A stretch of DNA of 64,000 nucleotides, taken from assembly GCF_009914755.1 (NCBI RefSeq), contig NC_060930.1; one strand, 5' to 3'. Under the pieces are notes generated by a model. That model did not search any database. It was not told where the DNA came from and was given only the letters and a program-made list of their open reading frames with translations. Each line of letters begins with the position of its first letter. The first letter of the stretch is position 1. Of this stretch, positions 37,913 through 51,700 are shown in pieces. The DNA comes from the human T2T-CHM13v2.0 reference genome, Homo sapiens. The translations under genes were made by a program, and so were the position numbers.

Positions 37913-39693
37913 GACAGTTTTTCTGTATGAAGATTGGTGAGGGTACAAATTTTAAAAATAAACTTTAGCGAAAGCAGGGTCTGCATCCAAACCATCTATG
38001 TTTACTTAAATAAAGATGTTCTTTCCAAATGGCTGTTGGTTTAGTTGGATGCCTTTTCTTGGATATGTTGAGTACAAATATTGGGAGCAAACAATATGAA
38101 TATGGGGAGTGGGTATAAGATAAAGGCCATAGAAAGTTCCAGTTACTGACTAGCTCTTGGACAAGTCTCAGATCTCTGGTCTTCAGTTTTCTTGTATGTA
38201 GAATGAATGAGTGTAGGTGGTTTCTTGGTAAACTCCATAGGAAATGTACTTTGAATATTTTTCCAGTTCTGTTGATGGGTTTGCATTACACTATTAATAT
38301 CATATTGTGTTACCAAATCTTATAACCAGTTGCATATTATCTAGTAGCTGCAGACATAATTAAAGAAGGTTTGTGTATCTTCATAAACAAGAAAGTATCT
38401 CCTGTCCACTCTCTCAAAAGTAAATCTAGTTCCTGTAGGTAAACACATGTTATATGAGCAACCTACCTCCAAAATATAATAATTAAAATAATGGAACATT
38501 GTCAATGTTTTAAGTTCCATTTTTGTCTAAATGTGGTAGTTCAGTGGCTTGAATTAATTTTTTTATTATTTTTATAACAGGTGCATTTATGAGCCTGCAG
38601 GTGGACCATTGAAATGACTACATTTATTAATTTCTGCTTCTTGAGTGCCAAGTTAAGTATGACTTGGCTTAGGCACATATTTGGTGTTCTATGTGAAATA
38701 TAAATCTCTTAAAGTTAAAAGGGGGGTTGTTCCTTTATTCCTCTATCAATTTATAGCCCCAGCCTAGGAATTTAACCACACAAAGAGAAGGGTGGGATGC
38801 TTAATTTTATGTGTCAGCTTGACTGGGTTAAGGGATGCCCAGAAAAGGAGCCCATTAAGAAAGTTTGGTTCTGAAGCAGAAATAGCACGAGGTCTGAAAA
38901 ATTGAGTCCATTATTTTTAAAGAAAAGTGCTTGGAATTCTACTCAAATAAAATGCAATTAAGCTAGCAAAATCATCATTCCCAAACTATAGTATGATTTC
39001 TAACAGTCACATTATAGCTAACCAAAAACAAAAGCCCTCAAATTCCAGATGAAATTCATATTCTAATATAACGTCCAGCAGCTAGGCCTCAGGGTGTCAC
39101 TCTATATGGTCTGGTAGGCCTTGATTACTTAGAAAGTGGTGGTAATAAAACATAGAAACCTAAGTGTGCAAACGCTGTCCACCTGACATAGTTATTACAG
39201 TCTTTAGAAGTTACTTGAGATCCAGGTCAGTCTTGTCAAGAGAGTGGCAACATGGTACCTGGGAAAAAGAGTTGCATTGGAATCAGGAGACCTGAGTCCA
39301 TATCCTAGGTATCCACTCACTGGTTACCTATCTAAACTTGTTTCCTCACCTGTCAAATAAATATAATGCTCCTATAACTAAGAGACACTGTATATGAATG
39401 ATCATGAACCAGGGTCTGTTCAATGCACTGAACATACTTTAAAATACAATAACCCTGAAAAGTAGGTAGAGTAAGAAACTTTTCTAAGGTCACACAGCCA
39501 GTTAAATGTCAGAGACAGAATTTGAATCCAATCCTATTTTTTTATTCCAAAGCCAACATTCTTGCCACTATAACTGTCTTCCACAAATGTGAAAGAGTTG
39601 AATAGATAATAGATCTCTAAACATAAGTGACTTCGGCATTTAAAGTTGTTGTAATTAAATGAGTTGATACATGTAAAATCCTTAGAACAATAA

Positions 39694-40071
39694 TCTATTA
39701 GTGCATTCTCATGCTGCTATGAAGAAATACATGAGACCTGGTAATTTATAAAGGAGAGAGGTTTAATTGACTCACATTTATGCATGGCCGGGGAGGCCTC
39801 AGGAAACTTAACAATCATGACAGAACAGGAAGCAAACATGTTCTTCTTCACATGGTTGCAGGAGAGAGAAGTGCAGAGTGAAGCAGGGAAAGTGCCTTAT
39901 AAAACCATCAGATCTTGTGAGAATTCACTCACTATCATGAGAACAGCATGGGGAAACTGCCGCCATGATCTAATCATCTCCCATGAGGTCCCACCCCCAA
40001 CTCATGGGGATTACAATTCGGATTACAATTCAAGATGAGATTTTGGGTGGGGACAGAGCCAAACTATATCA
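39694..40071 (-). mobile_element. THE1 (C/D-like) MaLR solo LTR inserted in a MIR
   Basis: tattagtgcattctcatgctgctatgaag...ccaaactatatca; 5-bp TSD AATAA. Confidence 0.9.
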
Positions 40072-40859
40072 AATAATATAGTAAGTATTCAGTAAGCTTT
40101 TGCTGCTGGTATTATTATTATTATTATTGTGTAGGATCCACTTTTGGCCTCTGAATATGCAGTGAATCAGTGACAATCAGAATAGGACTGATTGCTTGCA
40201 TTTTTAAAAATTAGTAATCAAGTGGTCATTGTAATGTAAAAGCACAAATTGGTAGTAAAGAGGCCTGAATTTGGGGTAAGAAGATCAAAGTCCCATTTCT
40301 GGCCCCTCCTATTTTGTCTCTCATAACAATAAGAACTTGTGGTGGTAGTTCATAGAATTAATTTCTATAGTGTTTGAGTGAAATTCTATCTGTAATAGGG
40401 ATAGCTCTATAAAAATTTTAGTCAGTATTTAGAGAAGGTAATATTTTTTGAGACTAAGGATTTATTGGCACTCCATGCTTCCTCTTTGTTGCTGCCAGCA
40501 TCAGACTTGCTATAACTGGAGGAAGAAGGGGGTATTTACTGGATCATCTGTAATTGATGTACCGTGGGATACAAACTGTGGGTTCAAAGGAATGACTTTC
40601 TTTTTCTTTCTTTTTAACGAGGGCAATTGACTATCAAGAGGGGGAAAAAAGTCTCTAATAATATAAATTTTTAGAAAATTAATTTAGTGTATTATTTGAT
40701 ATATATGGAGTTCTTCAAATAGTGCTTGCACTTGCTGAGGGCTACTTGTGTTATCTGGTATTATTACTGGTATTTTTAGAGAAATTGACTAGGAGTGGCA
40801 AACTGTGCTAGCCAGCTGTGCCTACTTGAAAGGGTTGTTATGAGGCTCATACTTGTTAA

Positions 40860-41327
40860 TGTACAGACAAAGGCTCTCTCCTTGACCAAACTTTAGACAG
40901 GCTCCTTTGAGCCCTCTTTTCAACTAGGCCTCATCCTTGGACTCTGTTCTCAAGTATTCCTCACCCAATTTAGCAAGAATCTTGCTAAATCGGTTGAGAG
41001 AGAATTTCTCTCATATCTGATCACTCTCAATATCTCATCAAATTCCTCATTCCGCACCCTAGATATCTGATGGCCTTGGCTTGCCTTTTGCAATAATCTT
41101 AGGTCGGTTTAGTAAGAATCCTTCTACCCCTGATGTTTCCTCTTCATAATTTTTCATCCACTGACTTCCCGCCCTGTTCCATAGCTGAAAATCCTCACTT
41201 ATCCATGCTGTATTTGGCATTGAGCCCAGTTCTTTACTGATGTCTCTTTTCTCCTATTGCAATAGTTTCTAAATAATATCTGTTTTTACAATTTTAACTA
41301 TTGTCCAACTCTAGTTCTTTTTGACAG
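40860..41327 (+). mobile_element. ERV1 solo LTR (MER31-like)
   Basis: gacaaaggctctctccttgaccaaactttag...ctattgcaatag...tttgaca. Confidence 0.7.
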
Positions 41328-41485
41328 CATGCAACCTTACATTTTTGACAAAAGTGATACAAACTATACCTTTTTTACAGTTTTCACAGTTATAGACAAA
41401 GATATATGAGTTATATGAGAGGAGGCTGAATGGCAGAGATATAATTGGGGATGGCAATAGGGCAAAAAGCTTAAGAGAGAAGGAA

Positions 41486-42079
41486 TGAGATGCTTAATTT
41501 TATGTGTTAAGTTGACTGGGTTAAGGGATGCCCAGGTAACTAGTAAAACATTATTTCTGGATGTGTCTTCAACAGTGTTTCTGGAAAAGATTAGATTTGA
41601 ATCAGTACAGCGAGGAAAGTAGATCTGCCCTCACCAATATGGGCAGAGATTATCCAATCCACTGAGGGCCCAAACAGAGCAAAAACATAGAGAAAGGGTA
41701 AATTCTCTCTCTTACTTTCTCTGTTTGAGCTAGGACATCCATTTCCCCCTGCCCTTGGACATCCTGGTTCTAGGACCTTTGGACTCTAGGATTTATGCAA
41801 CGCTTCCCACCCCCCAATTCCCCCAACCAGGTCTTTGACCTCAGACTGGGTGTTACGCCATCAGCTCCCCTAGTTCTCAGGCCTTCAGACTCAGAAAGAA
41901 TTATACCACCTGCTTTCCTGGTTCTCCAGCTTGCAGATGGCATATCTTGGGAGTTCATGGCCTCCATAATCATATAAGCCAATTCCCATAATCTCTTACC
42001 TCTCTGTCTCTGTCTCTCTCTCTCTCTCCATCCATCCATCCTAATGGTTCTTTGTCTCTGGAGAACCCCGCCTCATACA
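41486..42079 (+). mobile_element. ERVL solo LTR (MLT2B-like)
   Basis: gatgcttaattttatgtg...gactgggttaagggatgccc...ctctggagaaccc...cataca; near-TSD aggaa / aggag. Confidence 0.88.
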
Positions 42080-42091
42080 AGGAGCTAAAGC

Positions 42092-42782
42092 TTTGCTGTC
42101 CAGTAGGGTAGCCAGTAGTCAGCCATATGTGGCTGTTGATCACTTGCAATGCTGTAGCTAGTTTAAACTGCTATGTGCTGGAAGTGTGAAATGCAGATAG
42201 GATTTTAAAGTCTTATATAAAGACTGTAAAATACCTCATTGTTAATTTTTGTATTGATATATTGAAATAATATTTTGGATGTATTGGAGTAAATAAAATC
42301 TATTATTAAAATTAATTTTACCTGTGTCATTACTTTTCAATCTGACTACTAGAAAATGTAAAATTCACAAATGGCTTGCATTGTAGTGCTGTATTAGTCC
42401 ATTTTCACACTGCTATAAAGAACTGCCCCAGACTGGGAAATTTATAAAGGAAAGAGGTTTAATTGACGCACATTTCAGCATGACTAGGGAGGCCTCAGGA
42501 AACTTACAATTATGGCGGAAGGCAAAGAGTAAGCAAGGCACCTTTTTCACAAGGCAGCAGGAAGAAGAATGAATGCAGAAGGAACTACCAAACACTTACA
42601 GAACCATCAGATCTTGTGAGAACTCACTCACTATCACGAGAACAGTGTGGGGAAATGGCCCCCATGATTCAATTACCTCCACCTGGTCTCTCCTTTGACA
42701 CATGGGGATTATGGGGATTACAATTCAAGATGAGATTTTGGGGATGCAGCCAAACCATATCAACTGCTATTGGACAGCACTG
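42092..42782. mobile_element. MER33/MER3-like hAT-Charlie DNA transposon interrupted by THE1
   Basis: Terminal inverted ends gctgtccagtag ... ctattggacagc; AT-rich interior. Confidence 0.75.
42390..42762 (-). mobile_element. THE1 (C/D-like) solo LTR
   Basis: tgtattagtccattttcacactgctataaag...ccaaaccatatca; near-TSD agtgc / actgc. Confidence 0.9.
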
Positions 42783-44719
42783 GGATAGAGAAATAAAGAA
42801 GTAGAAATGGAGTATGAAGGGATGTTGGGGAGAGAGAATATAGTCACAGACACTCATGTATGTAAATGGATCCACAGGACGTCACACAGAACTTTGCCTT
42901 GAGGACTGCATGACTGTGGTTCCTTTTATACCCAGAGTAAAGGCATAAATAAAAATGCTATCATGGCATTTGCTCAGCCTGCTGGGAGCCAGATGAAATG
43001 AAATGATATTGTCACACCTGGCCCATAGGTCACAACTTCCTAGTAATTCCAGATTCACAATTAGAAATTAATTGCCTTGTTAAACTTCTCCCGCTCCCCA
43101 TGCCACTTAAAGGACACTATGAATGAATTATACCTACTCAAAATAGACACTTTCACATAAGGACCCTCTATGATTCTGTTTTCCTGTCCCCAACCCAGTA
43201 CAGTGATGGCACATTAGTGTGCCCACCTACGTGCCTTTAGTAGGCACTACATAAATGTCTTGTGAATGAATGAAACATTCAAATAATTGGAAACATTCAA
43301 ATAATTAACTACCATATAGAACATTCTGTAAGTATTAAAAATAAAAGTCTAAAGGCTAAGCCCATGAATGACCCAAGTTCACAGGCACGGGCTGACAGAT
43401 TGCTGCTTCCTTGGTTCCCAGGCTTCACAAAAGTGGAGATCTATTTATTGAAGTGGATAGGACCTTCCTTGACAGACCCAAGCACACAACAGAGGCCAAT
43501 CTCTGTTGCCAGGGTGAAGTTTTGCCAGTATTAAGCCAGGTACCCATAAAAGCCTGACTCCTGCCTTCTTTTCATATTCCCAAGGGAAGGACACACACAC
43601 AGGAAACAAAAGCAGGACAAAACACATATGTATTAATACCTGGGTAACCGCTGATATTCCAGAGCTGGGCTCTAGCAAACAGCTAGATTAACATTTTTGA
43701 GAAGGGGCCCTCACTTGAATCATGTAAAGCAGGGACCTTGAGGAGAAGTGTAGCTTAAGAGAGAGGCAGGGAGTAAGGGAGACTAAGCCGGCTGCATTCC
43801 AAGAAAGTCCTATGCCCACTTACCCATGTGGCTGCCTGGACCCTGAAGGGAGAGTGAGGAGCTGGCTTGCTGGATCAGAAGCCAGCTCCCACCAGGTCAG
43901 ATGCCCCTCTGAAAGCTGGAAGCAGGATGAAAAGAGCAGAGGAGGCAGAGTCTCTGTGGGACTGGTAATCGTAGTCCCAACGATGTACTGGTCTCTGACC
44001 AATCAGACCAGCAACCGCTCCTCCAGAGTAGGCAGAACTAAGAAGGGAAGGCCCAGAGTGGAGTGGGTATAGACGAATTGTCTGAAATGTCCCTGTGTTT
44101 TTGGATGGGCCTGAGGCAAAACACAGCGAAAGAGATGTTGTATGTCTCCCCCGATGCACTCAGTAAAAGGGTCTGGATCAAGGCCTGGGTGTTAGGAGCC
44201 AGGACTCTGAAAGACAACTCCACTCAAGACTTTATTAGGGTCCCATGTTACCTAATCACTCATCTCAGATGGGTTTCTTTTTTTTTTTCCTCTAGTTCCC
44301 TTTCTTCTTGTCTTTCCTTTTGCCCTGATCTCCACTTCTTTTTACTTGTTTCATTGCAAATGTACTCTGATATACATCAGAATCTGTCATAGCTTCATAA
44401 TGGAGGCTGATTATTTACAATTTTTTTGTATTTCTAATAAAAAACAGCTATTATTTATTCCATAGTTACTATGTGTCAGTCTTTTAATGTGCTAAGCCCT
44501 TCAAACGTATTATATCATTGAATCCTCACAACAATATGGCCAGGTAGTCACTTCATTTTACAGATTAGGAAACTAAGGCTAGAGAGATCATTTAACTAAT
44601 GAGTGCTGGAGCTACAATATAAGCATAGGCCTACCTAAATCTTGCACACATTTTTAAGATCTAGCTGTACAGCCTCACTTAACGTGCCTGTATCTCTCCA
44701 GTTTAAGTTTCCTGCTTCC

Positions 44720-45163
44720 AATCTTAGTTTGTTTTGTGTTGCTATAAAGGAATACCTGAGGCTGGGTAATTCATAAGGAAAAGAGGTTTATTTAGTTGGT
44801 GGTTCTGTCGGCTGTATAAGAAGCAGTGTGCCGGCATCTTCTCAGCTTCTGAGGATGGCTTCTGTGCTGCATCACATCATGGCAGAGAAGATCAGATGGG
44901 AAGCAGGCATGTGTCAAGAGGTACCAAATCCAAGGGGTGTCCTGGCTTTATAACAACCTATTCTCTCTGGAACCAATTCATATCTCCAAGAACTGATCCA
45001 GTCTCTCAAGAGCCAGAACCCACTCACAACAAGCCCTTTATGAGGTATCTGCCCTCCATGACCCAAACACCTCCCACTAGGCCCTACCTCCCAATACCAC
45101 CACAATGGAGATTAAATTTCAACATGATTTGGTGGAGACAAATGAACCAGTCCAAACCACAGT
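44720..45163 (-). mobile_element. MST (B-like) MaLR solo LTR
   Basis: tcttagtttgttttgtgttgctataaaggaatacctgaggctgggtaat...ccaaaccacag. Confidence 0.82.
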
Positions 45164-45284
45164 ACTGTCTTTTATTTATTTTTTTTAAAGTTTACTTTTT
45201 TCTTTCCCTTTCCTTTTCTTTGTCCTCAATACCTTGTTTTATTCTTCTGTTAAATTTATCTCCTCCCTTTATTATCTTATTTAA

Positions 45285-45670
<386 letters not shown>

Positions 45671-45793
45671 TACACTTCAGTTTTTAAGTAGCCTTTAATG
45701 GTCAGTGATATAAATACAAATGTGGTGACGGTGGTACAGTCGTTCCACCCTCTTCCCTTAATTCTGGCAGTAGCTCTCTCATTCTCCTAATGG

Positions 45794-45981
45794 CAGTGGT
45801 TCGCAAACTTGAGCACACATCAGAATCACCTGGAGGGAGGGCTTGCTAAAATGCAGAAACTGGGCCCTACCCCCAGAGTTTCTCATTCAGCCGGTCTGGG
45901 TAGGGCCTGGGAGTTTGGATTTCTAACCAGTTTCCACTGATGCTGATGCTGCTAGTCAGGGACCACAGTTCCAGAAGCATT
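45794..45981. mobile_element. MER5A DNA transposon
   Basis: cagtggttcgcaaactt...catcagaatcacctggag...gggaccacagttccagaagcattg. Confidence 0.8.
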
Positions 45982-47002
45982 GTTCTATGGAGTTCCTACC
46001 ACATTCAAAGTAGGTTCTCTAAAATGCCTCCACTAACTCTCAGGAGACCCACAGGTGTAAATCTCTATCTAGATGGGTTTCTGTTCTCAGTCACCTGGAT
46101 TCCATATTTTAAAACCCCAGTCCCTGATACCTAGTCACTGAAGTTTGGGCAAATTGTGTTAATAATGTCATGAGCCAGAATGCAAGGTCACATGGCCAAG
46201 TGAGAGGTCATTCCTCCATGCACAGCCTCTAGTCCGTACTTGGTAACTAATCATGTGATTTTTTAGTCTGGATAGATTTGGAAGATGGGTTTGGATGGCC
46301 AGTTCAGGTACTACAGAGGTGTTCCTGACTCTTAGCATCATTTTCACAGTGGCCTGATTCCAGATTGCTCATGTCCTTCAGTGACAGGGTTATAATAGAT
46401 GATCTTGGTATGTGGCTTCCTCGGTTTCTTCTCCTTATGAAGGTCAAGGAGAAATTGCCTTGAATGAGTGTTAAATCTGCATAAGTGGCTCAGTTCTACC
46501 TGGCTGGGAGGTTTTCTAAACTAACCAGAACTTAGACTTGGTCCCTCAGACCTTCTTAGAACAGTAGGGTATAAAGCAAAAGAAAGGCAAGTCTAACACT
46601 TGTGCCTGGGCCTTTCCCAGGAAAATCATTGAAACATTGGGAACTGGTCTTCTTCAATCATTTGTCAGCCTATGGAAGGCGATTAGAGCACCTAAAATCT
46701 CCTCAAGACCTGAGACCAAATCTCTAATGTAGACATTTTTCTTCCAGCAGGTAGGTGGGTCCCTTCACAAGACCCTCCCTCCCTATCATGGGTTCTGTCT
46801 GGCTGCCTGCTGTTTAACCTGATTGTTTAAACCTCCCACTCAGTTTCAGAAAGTCCCATCAATTCTGATTGAGGAACTACTCACATGGGTCCATTGTCCT
46901 ACCCCAATTTTATTTTCCCTGTAATTCTCAATAATCCTTATTATTTGCCTAGCTCATGCCAGAGCCAGCAATATTATTCAATAGCTCACAGACTTCCCTG
47001 TT

Positions 47003-47790
47003 ATTGTGATATTAGAAGGAGCACAGACCACAAAACTGTCCTCACTGTGACACCAATTGCAAATTTGGGGGTCCAAAATTGTCCCTGGGTTCAATAATTT
47101 GGTAGAAGTACTCATAGAACTCACTGAAAGCTGTTGATATGGCTTGGCTGTGTCCCCACCCAAATCTCATCTTGAATTCCCACTTGTTGTGGGAGGGACC
47201 CAGTAGGAGATAATTGAATCATGGTGGCCAGTCTTTCATGTACTGTTGTCACGATTGTGAATCAGTCAAACAAGATCTGATGGTTTTAAAAAGAAGAGTT
47301 CCCCTGCATAACCTCATTTTTTGCCTGCTGCCATCCATGTAAGATGTGACTTGCTCCTCCTTGCCTTCTGCCATGATTGTGAGGCCTCCCCAGCCATGTG
47401 GAACTCTAAGTCCATTAAACCTCTCTCTTTTGTAAATTGCCACATTTGGGTATGTCTTTATCAGCAGCATGAGAATGGAATAATATAGCTGTTATATTTG
47501 CTGTTCATTATTAGAACTAATGGTTACAGAACAAAATCAACCAAAACAAGAAGCTCATAGAACAGAGTTCAGAAAAGTTCCAAACATGTCTCCAGCCCCT
47601 TGAGAGTTCAAGCTGATACCATCCAAAGCCCCCGCCTACATCACATTGTTGTAGTGACTCAAATCCCCCATATAAACAAAAACACTTTTTAAAAATCGGG
47701 TAGGACATTCCAGGGCTTTAGAGATTACTTGTAGGGGCCAAGGGCAAAGCTAGACCTCTCTTTGGACAAGGCAAAAATTCTTTACTACAT
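47003..47790. mobile_element. MER21/MER77-like LTR interrupted by THE1B
   Basis: gacaccaattgcaaatttgggggtcc...agaactcactgaaagctgt...gacctctctttgg...ttctttactaca. Confidence 0.55.
47135..47487 (+). mobile_element. THE1B-like solo LTR
   Basis: tgatatggcttggctgtgtccccacccaaatctcatcttgaatt...; perfect 5-bp TSD GCTGT. Confidence 0.92.
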
Positions 47791-48720
47791 AGTTACCATG
47801 ATTTAACCTGGGTCATGGTATGCCACTAAAAGCAACAGGCATTTGGAGTGGCAAGTCACATGGTTGGAATTCCGATTCATCCCATCCCAGTTTCCCTAAG
47901 AAGCCAAGCCTGCCTTAATCTAGGCTCTGAACTTAACCAGCAACATAAAGTACTGCACTTCATGTAACTTTTCAAGGAGTATAATTTCAAACTTCCTATG
48001 AGTCAAAAGTTCTGCTGAGAGAAGGGATGTTTATGAAGTATAGCCAGATAGACGTGGAGTTCACATGTGCCATAAGGCAAGTTAGGCCACCTCTGAAGGC
48101 ATTGCCTGGGCCAGGGTCTGATAAAGGCATGCATCTGTCTCAGTCACATAAGTATATATATTATAAAATATATGTGAAGAGATAGTCCCTACTAGTTTGT
48201 TATTAATCTTCAGGATCTGTGCAACTAGACATTGTCAGCTACTTAGAAAAAATGAACACTCTTATGTGTTATGTAAAATAGAAAATGAACTCATCATCAT
48301 GTCACCGGAAGTGTTGTTACCGCAACCTGCTCACTTGGGAAGATGCATCACCGACTGAGATTCTGACTAATTGGAACATCAGGGAATTCAACCAATTGGA
48401 ACTCCACATGCTCCATTTACTCCCTGGTCATCACACATATGCCAGCTCTCAGAATTCAGTAACTAAAGGATAGTGGTAATTAATTTAGCACTACATAAGC
48501 AATAAGGGTCAACTAAAAAGATGAATTGCTGGTGGTTATGACAACTAAGGGAAAAAAAAGTTTATATCCATCCCTAAAACCTATACCTGGGAGAGAACAT
48601 GATAAGGGCAAAATATATTAGGTTTAAAAAAAAAACCCACATTTGGAAGACTGAAAATTCCTCACATAAGGCTCAAAGCCTCACTGACTTGTAAAACATC
48701 TTTTAAAAAATAAGGATATG

Positions 48721-51700
48721 GGATATGTTCTAAGATGGATGAATAGGAATAGCTTTGGTCTGCAGCTCCCAGCATGATCAACGCAGAAGATGGGTAATTT
48801 CTGCATTTCCAACTGAGGTACCTGGTTCATCTCAATGGGACTGGTTGGACAGTGGGTGCAGCACACAGAGGGCAAACTGAAGCAGGGTGGGTCGTCACCT
48901 TACCCAGGAAGCGCAAGGGGTATGGGGATTTCCCTTTCCTAGCCAAGGAAAGCCGTGAGTGACTGCACCTGGAAAAATGGGACACTTCTGCCCAAATACT
49001 GCACTTTTCCCACAGTCCTAGCAACCGGCAGACCAGGAGATTCTCTCCCATGCCTGGATCAGTGGGTCCCACGCCCATGGAGCCTTGCTCACTGCTAGCA
49101 CAGCAGTCTGAGATCAACCTGCAAGGTAGCAGCCTGGCAGGGGAGGGGTGTCCACCATTGCTGAGGCTAGAATAGGTAAAGCAGTCGGGAAGCTTGAACT
49201 AGGTGGAGCCCACCACAGCTCAGCAAGGCCTACTGCCTCTATAGAGTCCACCTCTGTGGGCAGGGCATAGCTGAACAAAAGGCAGCAGAAACTTCTGCAG
49301 ACCAACAGCTCTGAAGAGAGCAGTGGTTCTCCCAGCATGGTGTTTGAGCTCTGATAATGTAAAGATTGCCTCCTCAAGTGGGTCCCTGACCCCCGTGTAG
49401 CCTAACTGGGAGACACCTCCCAGTAGGGACTGACCAACACCTCATACAGGCAGGTGCCCCTCTGGGACAAGGCTTCCAGAGGAAGGATCAGGCAGCAATA
49501 TTTGCTGTTCTGCAATATTTGCTGTTCTGCAGTCTTCACTGGTGATACTCAGGCAAACACGGTCTGGAGTGGACCTCCAGGAAACTCCAACAGACCTGTA
49601 GTGGAGGGACCTGACTGTTAGAAGGAAAACCAACAAACAGAAAGGAATAGCATCAACATCAACAAAAAGGACATCCACACCAAAACCCCATCTGTAGGTC
49701 ACCAATATCAAAGACCAAAGGTAGATAAAACCACAAAGATGGGAAGGAACCAGAGCAGAAAAGCTGAAAATTCTAAAAACCAGAGTGCCTCTTCTCTTCC
49801 AAAGGATCACAGCTCCTCGCCAGCAACAGAACAAAGCTGGATGGAGAATGACTTTGACGAGTTGACTGAAATAGGCTTTAAAAGGTCAGTAATAACAAAC
49901 TTCTCCGTGCTAAAGGAACATGTTCTAAGCCATCACAAGGAAGTTAAAAACCTTGAAAAGAGGATAGATGAATGGCTAACTAGAATAAACAGTGTACAGA
50001 AGACCTTAAATGACCTGATGGAGCTGAAAACCATGGTGTGAGAAATTTGTGATGCAAGCACAGGCTTCAATAGCTGATTTGATCAAGTGGAAGGAAGGAT
50101 ATCAGTGATTGAAGATCAAATTAATGAAATAAAGCAAGAAGACAAGTTTAGAGAAAAAAGAGGAAAAAGAAACAAACAAAACTTCTAAGAAATATGGGAC
50201 TATGTGAAAAGACCAAATCAACATTTGATTGGTGTACCTGAAAGTGATGGGGAGAATGGAACCAAGTTGGAAAACACTCTTCAGGATATTATCCAGGAGA
50301 ACTTCCCCAATCTAGTAAGGCAGGCCAGCATTCAAATTCAGGAAATACAGAGAACATCACAAAGATACGCCTTGAGAAGAGCAACCCCAAGACACATAAT
50401 TGTCAGATTCACCAAGGTTGAAATGAAGGAAAAAATGTTAAGGGCAGCCAGAGAGAAAGATTGGGTTACCCACAAAGGGAAGCCCATCAGACTAACAATG
50501 GATCTCTCAGCAGAAACCTTACAAGCCAGAAGAGAGTGGGGGCCGATGTTCAACATTCTTAAAGAAAAGAATTTTCAACCCAGAATTTCATATCCAGCCA
50601 AACTAAGCTTCATAAGTGAAGGAGAAATAAAATCCTTTACAGACAAGCAAATGCTGAGAGATTTTGTCACCACCAGGCCTGGCTTACAAGAGCTCCTGAA
50701 GGAAGAAATAAACATGGAAAGGAACAACTGGTACCAGCCACTGCGAAAACATGCCAAATCATAAAGACCATCAAAGCTATGAAGAAACTGCATCAATTAA
50801 TGGACAAAATAACCAGCTAACATCATAATGACAGGATTAAATTCACACATAACAATATTAACCTTCAATGTAAATGGGCTAAATGCCCCAATTAAAAGAC
50901 ACAGACCGACAAATTGGATAGAGTCAAGACCCATCAGTGTGCTGTATTTGGGAGACCCATCTCACATGCAGAGACACACATAGGCTCAAAATAAAAGGAT
51001 GGAGGAAGATCTACCAAGCAAATGGAAAGCAAAAAAGTAGGGGTTGTAATCCTAGTCTCTGATAAAACAGACTTTAAACCAACAAAGATCAAAAGAGACA
51101 AATAAGGCCATTACATAATGGTAAAGGGATCAATTCAACAAGAAGAGCTAACTATCATAAATATATATGCACCCAATACAGAAGCACCCAGATTAATAAA
51201 GCAAGTACTTGGAGACCTACAAAGAGACTTAGACTCCCACACAATAATAATGGGAGAGTTTAACACCCCATTGTCAATATTAGACAGATCAATGAGACAG
51301 AAGGTTAATAAGGATATCCAGGACTTGAACTCAGCTCTGCACCAAGCAGACCTAATAGACATCTACAGAACTCTCCACCCCAAATCAACAGGATATACAT
51401 TCTTCTCAGCACCACATCACACATATTCTAAAATTGACCACATAATTGGAAGTAAAGCACTCCTCAGCAAATGTAAAAGAACAGAAATCACAACAAACTA
51501 TCTCTCAGACCAAATCCAATCAAATTAGAACTCAGGATTAAGAAACTCATTCAAAGCTGCACAACTACATGGAACCTGAACAACCTGCTCCTGAATAACT
51601 ACTGGGCAAATAACCAAATGAAGGCAGAAATAAAGATATTCTTTGAAACCAACGAGAACAAAGACACAATGTACCAGAATCTCGGGAACACATTTAAAGC

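Noticed and set aside
43272-43306. 17-bp direct repeat, with similar small duplications at 2257-2282 and 37601-37628, as array-like elements
   Set aside because: Only two units and no spacers; ordinary slippage duplications, not CRISPR-like.
49493-49532. gcaatatttgctgttct tandem repeat in L1 D
   Set aside because: A normal feature of older L1PA 5' UTRs; also present in degenerate form in L1 A.
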